The notes below the pieces were generated by a model. That model was not told where the DNA came from, searched no databases, and was given only the letters and a program-made list of their open reading frames with translations. Shown here piece by piece: positions 10,833-28,829 of a stretch of DNA of 64,000 bases. The DNA lies in IMG/VR virus record IMGVR_UViG_3300045988_003641, positions 25,067 through 89,066 of that record, one strand, 5' to 3'. Made by a program: the position numbers and the translations under genes. Each line of letters begins with the position of its first letter. The first letter of the stretch is position 1. The stretch is from a virus (taxonomy: Duplodnaviria > Heunggongvirae > Uroviricota > Caudoviricetes).

Positions 10833-11071
10833 ATGGGTAATACTCTACAGACACCACTAACTGATGCTGCTGTAGAGGCAACCTATGAAGAAGCAGACGA
10901 GATGAAATTTGTGCTTGCTATTTATGGTATGGAAGGGTGTAAAGAAACACTTGACCAACTCTTTGCTATGACATTCTCTGATTTATTATCATTGAGACAA
11001 TTTCTTGAAATTCAGAGGTCGTATAAAGAGGAAATTGCTTACAACGAACTTAGAAGAGCAGGAAAAATGTA

Positions 11072-11072
<1 letters not shown>
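10833..11072 (+). CDS. tail assembly chaperone, second ORF (putative)
   Basis: 79 aa ORF immediately upstream of tape measure. Confidence 0.3.
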
Positions 11073-19142
<8,070 letters not shown>

Positions 19143-19144
19143 TA

Positions 19145-20317
19145 ATGGCAGTAGGTGAAATTCAAATTAGTGCCTTGCCTCAAGCATCCTTACCAATTGA
19201 CCTTAGTGATATCTTCCATCTTAAGCAGGGTATTGAGGATAAGAGGTGTACTCTTGAGCAATTACTTGCTCCACACGCAAGCCTAAGAAATAACCCTCAT
19301 GGTGTTACTAAAACACAAATTGGTTTAGATAATGTTATTAATGCTCTTCAGTTAGTCGCTGCAAATAACTTATCAGATATTGTTAATGTAGCTGAGGCAA
19401 GAGCAAATCTACAGATTATGTCTTCAGAAGAGGTTAATAACCTTGTCCAGCAACATATCAAGGACAAGAGTAACCCACACAATACAACTAAGGCACAGGT
19501 TGGTTTAAGTAATGTTCAGAACTGGACAACATCTAATCTGTATAACGAAGATGCAGATAAGTATGCTACAGCAAGAGCATTAAATAACTTGTACAAGGCT
19601 GTTCAGGCTTCTTATCCAGTAGGTACTATCCATCTTTCTATGAACTCTGCAAACCCTTCCACATACTTAATTTGTGGAGGTACTTGGGAGTTAGTTTCAA
19701 AAGGCAGGGCATTGGTTGGCTATGACTCTGATACAAGACCAGCAGGTTCTATATTTGGCGCTTCAACTGTCACTTTGTCAGTTAATAACATACCTCAGCA
19801 CTCCCACTCTGTGTCTCTTAGCGGTGGTGGTCACACTCATAATGCAACTGTGTCAATTTCAGCTTTTGATTATGGGACTAAGACTACAAACTCTTTTGAC
19901 TATGGGACAAAAGCTACTAACACAACTGGTAACCATACACACAGTGTGTCAGGTAACACTAGCACCAATGGTACTCACAACCATGATGTGTATCCTAGAG
20001 CAAATGATGGCTCTGGTAATGCTGTGGCTGACTCTGATGGTGGTGGTCCAAGAAGGACATCAAGGACTTCTAGTGATGGTGCGCACTCACACAGCTTTAA
20101 CGTCACATCTGGTGCATCAGGTGACCACAGCCACACGGTTGGTATTGGTGCTCACAGTCATACAGTTGGTATTGGTTCACATACGCATAGTGGCACTGTA
20201 ACAGTTTCTTCTTCTGAACATACACATAGTGGCAATACAAATAGTGTTGGTGGAGGTCAGGCAGTTAATATTGAACAGCCATCCTTCGTACTGTATGTAT
20301 GGCAGAGAACAGCTTAA
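19145..20317 (+). CDS. tail fibre protein with His-rich C-terminal tip
   Basis: 390 aa; C-terminal repeats FDYGTK...HTHSVSG...HSHTVGIGAHSHTVGIGSHTHSG (HxH motifs); ends ...VWQRTA like the next fibre. Confidence 0.6.
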   Translation: MAVGEIQISALPQASLPIDLSDIFHLKQGIEDKRCTLEQLLAPHASLRNNPHGVTKTQIGLDNVINALQLVAANNLSDIVNVAEARANLQIMSSEEVNNLVQQHIKDKSNPHNTTKAQVGLSNVQNWTTSNLYNEDADKYATARALNNLYKAVQASYPVGTIHLSMNSANPSTYLICGGTWELVSKGRALVGYDSDTRPAGSIFGASTVTLSVNNIPQHSHSVSLSGGGHTHNATVSISAFDYGTKTTNSFDYGTKATNTTGNHTHSVSGNTSTNGTHNHDVYPRANDGSGNAVADSDGGGPRRTSRTSSDGAHSHSFNVTSGASGDHSHTVGIGAHSHTVGIGSHTHSGTVTVSSSEHTHSGNTNSVGGGQAVNIEQPSFVLYVWQRTA

Positions 20318-20326
20318 TTTCTTTAC

Positions 20327-20348
20327 AGGGGCTTTATAGCCCCTTTTA
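20327..20348 (+). terminator. rho-independent terminator
   Basis: AGGGGCT-TTAT-AGCCCCT then TTTT. Confidence 0.55.
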
Positions 20349-20363
20349 AGAGGAAAATTTATA

Positions 20364-22712
20364 ATGGCAGATTACAAATTGAGTGAGCTAAACTCAATCG
20401 ACACAATCCGTTCAGATGACCTTCTTCATGTCAGAGTTAAAAAGAGACCTAAAATGCTGGGTGATGAAGACCGTCGAATGACCTATCAAGATTTCTTAGC
20501 ATCTTTTAAGCTTGAAAGATTTGTTCAGATTGCTGGTAGCACTATGACGGGTGACTTAGGAATTGTTAAGCTACTTTACGGTGGCAAGGCTGTATTCGAC
20601 CCCACAGGCTCTTCTGAGATTACTGTTGGTGATATTTTAAAGACTTTTAAAATCAACGCAAACGACCTTAAACTAACTATTGCAGACGCTTCAAGGTCGG
20701 CAACTGTTTATCATACTTTGAATAAGCCAAGCCCTAATGAACTTGGGATGAGAACTAATGAAGAGAATGACGCAAGGTATGCAAGACTAGCCGTGAATAA
20801 TACCTTTAGAGGTACTCAAGCTATCCTCTCTGACAATGGAGCGCTCATTATTAAAAATATCACTCAAGGTGCTCCACTCTATCTTCGTGGTCAAGATGCA
20901 GATGGTACTAACAGATGGTATCTAGGTAATGATAATAGGGGTACAAATAATCTTGTATTGAAGAATGTAAAGTCTGACGTTTCAATTGCTATTTTAGAGA
21001 ATTTGGTGAAAGTCAACAGAACTCTTCAAATTGCTGGCCAAGTTCAGCCTTCAAGTTTTGCTAACTTAGATGCTAGGTATTTTACCCAGACAGCAGCTAA
21101 TCAGAGATTTGCGCAGTTAGCTGGTAATAACACTTTTACTGGTACTAACACTTTCTCTAATTTTGTTGCTAAGAAGAATGCTGAAGCCATCACTCTGCGA
21201 AATGTGGACACTGCTCCCTCTTTATATATCCGAGCAAGAAAGTCAGATGGGAATTATAAGTGGTATATTGGTAATGACGGTGATGAGAACATTTTAAAAA
21301 TCTATAACTATCTAACAGAAACACAAGTCTCACTAGGTAACACTATTGCCATGAGCAAAACAGTTCGAATTGATGGTCAAGTACAACCTTCTGATTGGAC
21401 TAACATTGATTCTAGATATATTCCGGCAGCCACTTTGAGTAATCTCCCTAAACTTAATGTTGCTAATACTTTCACAAATGTGCAGACTATTGTATCAGAT
21501 AATGAAGGTTTAGTATTAAGGAGCTTAACACAGGGACAGCCACAATATATCCGTGGTGTTGATACTGCGAATGTATCTAGGTGGTGGCTGGGCGTAGGAA
21601 CTGCTAATTCTAACGTGGTAACCTTGAGCAACAGCTTTTCAGGCACTCAAATTTCCCTAGAGCCAACATTGGTTAGTATGAATAAGAATCTGTATATTAA
21701 TGGGCAGGTTCAACCAAAAAATTGGTCTAACTTAGATGCTAGATACTTTGTTAAGACTCAGTTATTAAATCAATCTTTGATGACTGCATCTGTAGATAAT
21801 CTTGAAAACCCTTCAGCATTTAATCTTGGGTATTCAGGTTTTGTCAGAAACAACAATGTGACTAGTGGTCTGAAAGAGTTGGCAATTCATGTTGCTCACT
21901 CTAGTAAGACTGCTGCACACGCAAGGGGTATCTCTTTTGTATACGGTTCAAACGGTTTGGCAACATTCACCTATGCCTATGACAAAAATGGTGACTATGC
22001 CGGAGAGGCACAGATTTACACAACTGATTTTAAACCAACCCCTTCAGAGATTGGTGCATATACTAAAGCAGAAACTGACCAGAAATTTGCAACAGCAATT
22101 AGTGACTCTACAGACCTTAATAAAATCTATCCAGTAGGTATTGTAACTTGGTTTAACAGTGATGTTGACCCTAATACAGCACTACCTGGGTTAACTTGGA
22201 CGTATCTTAACAATGGTGTTGGTAGGACTATCAGGATTGCAGCAGCAGATGGTTCAGATGTTGCTACAACAGGTGGTTCAGACTCTGTGGTGTTATCTGT
22301 TGGTAACTTACCGTCACACACCCATAGTTTCTCTGCTACCACTTCATCTTTTGATTATGGTACGAAGAACACTAATAGTACTGGTGCTCACACCCACTCA
22401 GTTAGTGGTACTGCTGCATCTGCTGGGCAACACGCACACAGAATTTCACAGGGTGACAACGCTAACGTTCCATCAGGTAGAGTTGCATCTTCGAACTCTG
22501 CTCAGACCCATGTTGGTTGGACTGAAAATGATGGTGCTCACACCCACTCAGTTAGTGGTACTGCTGCATCTGCTGGTGGACATGCTCACTCTGTAGGTAT
22601 TGGTGCTCACAGCCACACAGTTAGTGGTAACACTGGTGGTACAGGCTCTGGTTCAGCATTTAGTGTTACTAACCAGTTCTACAAGTTAATGGCTTGGGTA
22701 AGAACTGCTTAA
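20364..22712 (+). CDS. long tail fibre protein
   Basis: 782 aa; three ~100 aa internal repeats; C-terminal HxH repeat module paralogous to 19145-20317; ends ...AWVRTA. Confidence 0.65.
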   Translation: MADYKLSELNSIDTIRSDDLLHVRVKKRPKMLGDEDRRMTYQDFLASFKLERFVQIAGSTMTGDLGIVKLLYGGKAVFDPTGSSEITVGDILKTFKINANDLKLTIADASRSATVYHTLNKPSPNELGMRTNEENDARYARLAVNNTFRGTQAILSDNGALIIKNITQGAPLYLRGQDADGTNRWYLGNDNRGTNNLVLKNVKSDVSIAILENLVKVNRTLQIAGQVQPSSFANLDARYFTQTAANQRFAQLAGNNTFTGTNTFSNFVAKKNAEAITLRNVDTAPSLYIRARKSDGNYKWYIGNDGDENILKIYNYLTETQVSLGNTIAMSKTVRIDGQVQPSDWTNIDSRYIPAATLSNLPKLNVANTFTNVQTIVSDNEGLVLRSLTQGQPQYIRGVDTANVSRWWLGVGTANSNVVTLSNSFSGTQISLEPTLVSMNKNLYINGQVQPKNWSNLDARYFVKTQLLNQSLMTASVDNLENPSAFNLGYSGFVRNNNVTSGLKELAIHVAHSSKTAAHARGISFVYGSNGLATFTYAYDKNGDYAGEAQIYTTDFKPTPSEIGAYTKAETDQKFATAISDSTDLNKIYPVGIVTWFNSDVDPNTALPGLTWTYLNNGVGRTIRIAAADGSDVATTGGSDSVVLSVGNLPSHTHSFSATTSSFDYGTKNTNSTGAHTHSVSGTAASAGQHAHRISQGDNANVPSGRVASSNSAQTHVGWTENDGAHTHSVSGTAASAGGHAHSVGIGAHSHTVSGNTGGTGSGSAFSVTNQFYKLMAWVRTA

Positions 22713-22791
22713 TCCCTTGTTAACTGATTGTTAAGATGGTGTTAATATTCTTTATGGGTATTCTCACCATCTTGGCTGATGAGGTGATTAA

Positions 22792-22986
22792 ATGCCTACA
22801 ATCCTAGCAATTCTTCTAAAAAATCTAGGTAGCTTCTTCTGGAAACTCATTTTATCCCTTCTAAGTGAATACATGATTGAGAAAGTGTTCTTTAAGCTTG
22901 CAAGATATCTTGCGAGTAAAACAGACACACCTATTGATGATGAGTTCGTAGATAACTTAGAAAAAGCTTTTAAGGGGGAGAAATAA
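22792..22986 (+). CDS. small hydrophobic protein
   Basis: 64 aa, one hydrophobic helix, charged C-terminus; end of late operon. Confidence 0.3.
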   Translation: MPTILAILLKNLGSFFWKLILSLLSEYMIEKVFFKLARYLASKTDTPIDDEFVDNLEKAFKGEK

Positions 22987-23358
22987 ATGAAGTGGCTAGA
23001 GGAAGCTTTTAAAAATAATATTGGTGCAATTGTAGTTGGTATTTTTAGTGTTATTGGGATGTATACCACCATGCAAGTTTCAAGTGGTAAACAAGAAGTG
23101 TCTGTCACAACAAAGTTACAGCAGCTAGATAATTATTCAAAAAGTAACTATTCAGCTATTCATGATTTACAGTCTGACATGAGATTGATTCAGCTAGGGA
23201 TGGAGAACCAGAAAGTTCAGTTAGAGAATGTTAAGGGCGAAAACGCAAAACTTACCAAAACTCTTGATAAATTCTCTGACAGTGTAAATAATCTGGCTCA
23301 ATCAGTATCAGCCCTCCAAGCTATTACTGAGAAGAACACAAAGAATACTGAAAAATAA
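22987..23358 (+). CDS. membrane-anchored coiled-coil protein
   Basis: 123 aa; N-terminal hydrophobic segment IGAIVVGIFSVIGMY then helical region. Confidence 0.3.
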   Translation: MKWLEEAFKNNIGAIVVGIFSVIGMYTTMQVSSGKQEVSVTTKLQQLDNYSKSNYSAIHDLQSDMRLIQLGMENQKVQLENVKGENAKLTKTLDKFSDSVNNLAQSVSALQAITEKNTKNTEK

Positions 23359-23365
23359 AATTTAA

Positions 23366-23391
23366 GGCTCCCGTAAAAAGGAGCCTTTTTT
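23366..23391. terminator. bidirectional terminator between convergent late (+) and early (-) blocks
   Basis: GGCTCC-CGTAAAAA-GGAGCC with T-runs on both strands. Confidence 0.65.
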
Positions 23392-23394
23392 GTT

Positions 23395-24294
23395 TTACTT
23401 ACCTACTGACAGAGGTGCTTCAATCTTCCCTGCATGTTGGTAGTTGTTAATGCCACCAATAAAATCACTTGCAGTGAGATGTTTTAGGTCACTTAAAGTG
23501 TTAAGTGGGATACCAATCTCAAAAGTTGGTGCATGGAACTCTTCATTGTTCATCAGTTCATAAACCTGCTTCATATGGTTCTGATAAATCTGAGTATCTC
23601 CAAAGACACCTATCAAATATCGTGGAGTGTATCCAGTCATCTTACAAAGGACTTCCAGAATAAAACCATAAGATGCAATGTTAAACGGAAGCCCTAAAAA
23701 GGTGTCTACAGAACGCTGATACCATTGTAAGTCAACTTCACCCTCGTTGGTGATATAAATCTGAAACAGAACATGACAAGGTGCTAAAGCCATTGAGTTT
23801 GCTGCAATATCTGCTGCATTCCAAGCGTTAACAAGCATGTAACGGTCTGTGATATCACCCTTCATCTTCGCTACTAAGGTCTCTAACTGGTCTACAACAC
23901 AACCATCATGACCCTCAAAGTTTCTCCACTGAACCCCGTAGATTCTACCACCTGCATCCTCTAACCAGTCTTGTTCAGAGGAATAATTAGAGCTTAACCA
24001 GCGTTTAAAATCATCTGACCAGATAGTCCAGCGTTCCCCATCATTTTCACCCCAAGTACGGTAACGAAGTTCACCAAGTTTATTCTCACCATTCAGGAAC
24101 CATAAAGCTTCCCCAATAACTTGCCGTGTAAACACCTGTTTAGATGTTAAGAGTGGGAAACCAGTTCGCATATCAAAACGAAACTGTGGTGGAGCAAATG
24201 CAGAGATAACCTCTCCAGTTCGTGTAGTACGCAGTTCACCAACGGATAAAACATGGTTCAGGATATTTTTGTAACTCAAATCAGCTTGTGACAT
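23395..24294 (-). CDS. thyA: thymidylate synthase
   Basis: 299 aa; active-site signature ALAPCHVLFQ. Confidence 0.85.
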   Translation of the reverse strand: MSQADLSYKNILNHVLSVGELRTTRTGEVISAFAPPQFRFDMRTGFPLLTSKQVFTRQVIGEALWFLNGENKLGELRYRTWGENDGERWTIWSDDFKRWLSSNYSSEQDWLEDAGGRIYGVQWRNFEGHDGCVVDQLETLVAKMKGDITDRYMLVNAWNAADIAANSMALAPCHVLFQIYITNEGEVDLQWYQRSVDTFLGLPFNIASYGFILEVLCKMTGYTPRYLIGVFGDTQIYQNHMKQVYELMNNEEFHAPTFEIGIPLNTLSDLKHLTASDFIGGINNYQHAGKIEAPLSVGK

Positions 24295-24295
24295 A

Positions 24296-24841
24296 TCAAA
24301 AGTGTCCTTTTACTTGTGGAACATAAATTTCAAAGGTTGCTTTACCATCATCCGATGGCCTTGACTGTACCTTTGCAAATACACGGCTATCATACAGCTT
24401 CTCAAAGAAGTTTTCAAAAGGTAAATGCACAGTGGCCTCTTCAGTAACTTTATGGAAGACTGTATGGAACACCACACCAGCATACGGTAAAGCATTGACA
24501 AGGACACCTGCACCACCAATTACAAAGACATCTTCATCAATAGAGCTATCAAGATACTTCAAAAATGCTCCAAATGACTCTTTACTGGCTTTAGCATACA
24601 TTACATCATCTTTGCCAAAGTCTATGCCTAAGTATGGTACAGAATTTGTTAAGATTAGGTTTGCACGTTCTGGTAGAGGTTTACTACCCAGAGTCTTAAA
24701 AGTCTCATTACCCATCACTACTAAGTTATTTTTAGTGAGTCTCTTAAACTCTTGCATGTCCTGTTTATGTCGAGGCCACGGCATACCAGTTGGAGTACCA
24801 AACTCACCATTTTCACCACTTGCAAAGATTAATTTAATCAT
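24296..24841 (-). CDS. frd: dihydrofolate reductase
   Basis: 181 aa; DHFR-like N-terminus (IFA..ENGEFG..GMPW) and VIGGAGV motif; adjacent to thyA. Confidence 0.75.
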   Translation of the reverse strand: MIKLIFASGENGEFGTPTGMPWPRHKQDMQEFKRLTKNNLVVMGNETFKTLGSKPLPERANLILTNSVPYLGIDFGKDDVMYAKASKESFGAFLKYLDSSIDEDVFVIGGAGVLVNALPYAGVVFHTVFHKVTEEATVHLPFENFFEKLYDSRVFAKVQSRPSDDGKATFEIYVPQVKGHF

Positions 24842-25098
24842 TTTGTAAATCCTTTCTTAATGAACCAGTTGATAACACTCTTCACAACTTTACTACGATG
24901 GTAGATAAAATGTGGAGAGGGTTGGTATGAACCATAAGCCCAGAAAGCGATAATTTCATTACACACTGTGCATCGGGTACTTTCTTCAGCAATATGACCG
25001 TTAACTATTTCACTTACCTCACCTTGTAAGTCTGTACACCCACAATGTGGACAACGGATAGGTGTTCCATCAGACTCATAGCAGTGTTCAATTTTCAT
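24838..25098 (-). CDS. zinc-ribbon protein
   Basis: 86 aa; CPHCGC...CTVC cysteine pairs. Confidence 0.3.
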   Translation of the reverse strand: MKIEHCYESDGTPIRCPHCGCTDLQGEVSEIVNGHIAEESTRCTVCNEIIAFWAYGSYQPSPHFIYHRSKVVKSVINWFIKKGFTK

Positions 25099-25614
25099 CT
25101 ATTTAACCTCAAAAACTGGTTCAAGAACCAATATAAAGTCTACACAGTCATCTTCTTCATCCAGAATACCATCAAAGTTCTTAGGTACAAAGTCGAAGAG
25201 ACTCATAGAATATCGGTCAGAAGTAACCCTGATAGTGTTCCCTAGATTCTCTACAGTTAATATTGTACGGCTTTCTGTTACCTCACTTAGAAGATTACTC
25301 ACAAAGTCATCTAAGAAGTGTTTCATCAGTGACTTGAAGCCTTTAGGGTAATCTGTACCAGAGTATGTTTCAATCTGAGGAACAAGCTTAACATTTATAC
25401 TAGTCTTTGTTAAGAACGTTTTAGAGAACATGCTATCAGGTAGCTTACAAACAGTCTTTCCAGTACCTTCATGTTCAATCTCAACAAAACCAGCTTCGTC
25501 GCCACATGTAACTATTTTAAAAGATGCTTCATTCTCATACTGTGAAGCCATAAACTTTTTAAGCATCTCTTTAAGGAAATCTGCATGAGCATCTTGTAAG
25601 TAGACATCAATCAT
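25099..25614 (-). CDS. hypothetical protein
   Basis: 171 aa ORF in early operon. Confidence 0.3.
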   Translation of the reverse strand: MIDVYLQDAHADFLKEMLKKFMASQYENEASFKIVTCGDEAGFVEIEHEGTGKTVCKLPDSMFSKTFLTKTSINVKLVPQIETYSGTDYPKGFKSLMKHFLDDFVSNLLSEVTESRTILTVENLGNTIRVTSDRYSMSLFDFVPKNFDGILDEEDDCVDFILVLEPVFEVK

Positions 25615-25627
25615 AGTTAATCACCTA

Positions 25628-25987
25628 TTATGGGAACAGACACTTAATGTCATCGTTTTTGAAAACGAAACTTGTGTAGTTGTGACCATCAACATCCAAC
25701 CAAACAGCCTGAACATCTACACCATCAATATTCTGGTAAAGCTCTTTAATGAAGTGGTCTTTCACAAACTGACTGCTAGTGGTTTCCAGCTTGATGTTTG
25801 AGATTGCTGAACCTACAGCCATATAACCCATGACACGTTTCTTCTCAGTATGCTTAATCTTACCATCTTTGTAAGCCATAATGAGATTGGAGAGAATCTT
25901 CACACCATAATACTTTTCAAGGTGAGTAGGTACACCGTAAAAGCCTAATGCGAAGTTTTCAGAGTGGATAATGTTTTCACGTTTCAT
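25628..25987 (-). CDS. hypothetical protein
   Basis: 119 aa ORF. Confidence 0.3.
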   Translation of the reverse strand: MKRENIIHSENFALGFYGVPTHLEKYYGVKILSNLIMAYKDGKIKHTEKKRVMGYMAVGSAISNIKLETTSSQFVKDHFIKELYQNIDGVDVQAVWLDVDGHNYTSFVFKNDDIKCLFP

Positions 25988-25988
25988 A

Positions 25989-26318
25989 TTAATCTGCCAA
26001 CCTTAAATTAAAATTAACACCAAATTTTTCACATACTTCCAACATATACTCAAGGGAGACATTACCAGTGAGATGAATTATGTTGGACACACGAGCCTGA
26101 GAGATACCACAAATTTTAGCAACTTGCTCTTGAGAAAGACCTCTGGATTTAATCTCTCTCTTAAAACGATGTGCAACGAAGTCTCTCATTTCGTCTACAT
26201 CCATTGGACAAATATAACTCTCCATTTCAGCCTCTCTATCAGCCTCCCAATCATCTTGTGGGGCATAAGGGTCAAAAACCTCATTCATCTTTCTTCTTCC
26301 GTTTGCGTGAAGTATCAA
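25989..26318 (-). CDS. HTH DNA-binding protein (putative regulator)
   Basis: 109 aa; C-terminal helix-turn-helix-like segment LSQEQVAKICGISQARVSNIIH. Confidence 0.4.
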   Translation of the reverse strand: MILHANGRRKMNEVFDPYAPQDDWEADREAEMESYICPMDVDEMRDFVAHRFKREIKSRGLSQEQVAKICGISQARVSNIIHLTGNVSLEYMLEVCEKFGVNFNLRLAD

Positions 26319-26493
26319 TTAATGAGTCTATGTTAGTAGCCCTGACCTTTTCACGTTCATCGTTAAGATAATCATCAAGAGCCTTTTCAATCTGTGAATC
26401 ATCTTGACAGATAACTGTAAAGACTGTAAAGCCGTCTGTATCGTCAATTATCTTACCATAACCGCTTCTGGGATGTAACTTTTTAAGAGCCAT
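26281..26493 (-). CDS. hypothetical small protein
   Basis: 70 aa; overlaps next ORF start, real status uncertain. Confidence 0.2.
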   Translation of the reverse strand: MALKKLHPRSGYGKIIDDTDGFTVFTVICQDDSQIEKALDDYLNDEREKVRATNIDSLIDTSRKRKKKDE

Positions 26494-26494
26494 A

Positions 26495-26878
26495 TCAAAT
26501 ACCTGTGCAGCTTCTGTTTTCTAAGAAATACTCAACACCATACATAGCTTTTTGCATCAAATCTTCTTTAAACTGAATACGATGATTAAGCATAGCCTGT
26601 ACATCAATATCATCATGGTGCTTCTCTTTAATATTTGCAGATTGCAGGAAATACTCTGCAAGAACACGATACTGATAGTCAGTTACCTTGTCAGTCATCT
26701 CTGTTAAAGACTCTTCAGAGATTGGTTTAAGTAACTCACCATTAGCCAAAGCAACACCTTTAACAATCTGACAAGTGTCTTCTGGAACACCTGATAAGTC
26801 CACATTTGGAAGTTCTGTTGCATTGACTGGTAAATTCATTGCCATAACCATTGCAGCAGCTAATAAAATCTTTTTCAT
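26495..26878 (-). CDS. secreted/periplasmic protein
   Basis: 127 aa; N-terminal signal peptide MKKILLAAAMVMAMNLPVNA with AxA-like cleavage site. Confidence 0.4.
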   Translation of the reverse strand: MKKILLAAAMVMAMNLPVNATELPNVDLSGVPEDTCQIVKGVALANGELLKPISEESLTEMTDKVTDYQYRVLAEYFLQSANIKEKHHDDIDVQAMLNHRIQFKEDLMQKAMYGVEYFLENRSCTGI

Positions 26879-26922
26879 AATGACCTCAAAGTTATATTGA
26901 ATTTTGTATTACATTGAGTATA

Positions 26923-26951
26923 AAAATAAGCTATAACACCTGACTTGTCAA
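26923..26951 (-). promoter_or_regulatory. sigma70-like promoter for 26878-start gene
   Basis: minus-strand TTGACA-N17-TATTTT. Confidence 0.4.
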
Positions 26952-26994
26952 CAGACTTTATAGCTTATTTGGCAGATTTTTTATAAGGCTACTG

Positions 26995-27368
26995 CCATCC
27001 TTCCATACCACACCTCACCCAACCATACCATGCCTTACCAGACCGCACCTTGCCTCATTAAAAGACCCTCTTAAAAGACCTTTTAAAAAGGTAAGTCTCA
27101 TTTTAATGTAGCTGAGACTAACTACCCGCACCGAACCTCACCTGACCTGACCGCGCCATACCTAACCGCGCCTTACCACACCTCACTTAAAAACCCTATG
27201 AGATACTCTATCGAATATAATTTAAAGACTCTTAAGTGATGTAATCGAATTTTTATGTAGCTCCGATTAACTACCCGCACTTTACCAAACCTCACCCTAC
27301 CCTACCAGACCTTACCTAACCGCGCCGTACCTCATTAAAAGACCCTCTTAAAGACCTTTTAAAAAGGA
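26995..27368. repeat. structured intergenic repeat array A (3 modules)
   Basis: three ~60-bp C/A-rich tracts (26995-27057, 27128-27187, 27277-27334) alternating with a TTAAAAGACC-containing motif (27057-27091, 27187-27241, 27335-27368) and hairpins (27094-27119, 27243-27268) each followed by AACTACCC. Confidence 0.85.
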
Positions 27369-27383
27369 GCCTCCGAAGAGGCT
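27358..27383 (-). terminator. rho-independent terminator of two-gene cassette
   Basis: minus strand AGCCTC-TTCG-GAGGCT then CCTTTTT. Confidence 0.6.
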
Positions 27384-27394
27384 ACCTAGTCAAC

Positions 27395-27835
27395 TTAGAA
27401 AGGTTTTCTACGTTGCTTGTTAATGTTAGCTTTCATAGCAGCTAAATGGTTTTGCTGTTCAATTAGTCGTGAACGTTCTTGATGGCTAAGTACCATAGTG
27501 TTCACATTCTCAATCGCTTGAGTGGCTTGCTTTAAAGCACGACCAATCTTACCAGACATTTTACGTTTTGCAATAGTTGCTTGATGCTTAGGTTCAACCA
27601 CACGATAACCAACACCCATTGAAGCAACCAGATAAATCTTCTCTTCTTTAAGAAGCTTCTCAATAAACTTCTCAAGTCGATTTAAGCGTGTAAGTGCGTA
27701 AGCTTTCATTTCATCTTCGTACTTAACAATGTCACCTTGATAAGTTGGCTTCACAATACCTAAGAAGGTATCCATCTCAGAGTGTGATACAGTGTCACCG
27801 TAACTAAACTTTGCTGCTAATGCTTTTGTATTCAT
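27395..27835 (-). CDS. hypothetical protein (cassette gene 2)
   Basis: 146 aa, basic C-terminus; no motif recognised. Confidence 0.4.
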   Translation of the reverse strand: MNTKALAAKFSYGDTVSHSEMDTFLGIVKPTYQGDIVKYEDEMKAYALTRLNRLEKFIEKLLKEEKIYLVASMGVGYRVVEPKHQATIAKRKMSGKIGRALKQATQAIENVNTMVLSHQERSRLIEQQNHLAAMKANINKQRRKPF

Positions 27836-27837
27836 AA

Positions 27838-28443
<606 letters not shown>

Positions 28444-28520
28444 TTAGTTGATTGTTAAGTTGTTTGTAAAGAACCCTCAACAGAAGACTCTTTAGAAACT
28501 TGGTAGATTTTTAACGTGGA

Positions 28521-28807
28521 TACTACCATCCACCCATACCGTGCCACACCACACCGGACCGTACCATGCCCAACCCTACTACACCAGACCTTATTAAAAG
28601 ACCCTCTCCAAAGACCTTTTAAAAAGGTAAGTCTCATTTTAATGTAGCTGAGACTAACTACCCATACATTACCGCACCATATTATACCCTACCCCACCAT
28701 ACTTCACTGCACCGAGCCACGCATTACATCACTTAAAAAACCTTTTCAAAGACTCTTAAGTGATGCTGGTGAGTACCCGTTGGTTTATGCTGCTCAGTAT
28801 ACTCACC
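28521..28807. repeat. structured intergenic repeat array B (2 modules)
   Basis: C/A-rich tracts 28521-28590 and 28664-28731; TTAAAAGACC motif 28591-28627 and hairpin 28628-28663 near-identical to array A copy 27057-27127; second hairpin 28768-28807. Confidence 0.85.
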
Positions 28808-28823
28808 AAATTTTCTATGTCAA
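28796..28823 (-). promoter_or_regulatory. sigma70-like promoter driving two-gene cassette
   Basis: minus-strand TTGACA-N16-TATACT; inverted repeat GGTGAGTA/TACTCACC overlaps the -10. Confidence 0.5.
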
Positions 28824-28829
28824 CAACTT

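Noticed and set aside
10800-10840. Programmed -1 frameshift joining the two tail assembly chaperone ORFs
   Set aside because: No canonical XXXYYYZ slippery heptamer near the stop of 10432-10830, and the second ORF has its own ATG; cannot exclude a non-canonical shift.
19716-20201. 161-aa plus-strand alternative-frame ORF inside tail fibre gene
   Set aside because: Low-complexity L/V/T/Q-rich product generated by the His-codon repeats read out of frame; as are 21889-22137 and 22213-22596.
19145-22712. Diversity-generating retroelement targeting the tail fibres
   Set aside because: No reverse transcriptase ORF and no template/variable repeat pair with adenine-specific differences; the fibre repeats are in-frame protein repeats.
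28455-28637. 60-aa minus-strand ORF inside repeat array B
   Set aside because: Lies entirely within the G/T-rich complement of the C/A tract; W/G/V-rich composition is a by-product of the repeat; no ribosome-binding site.
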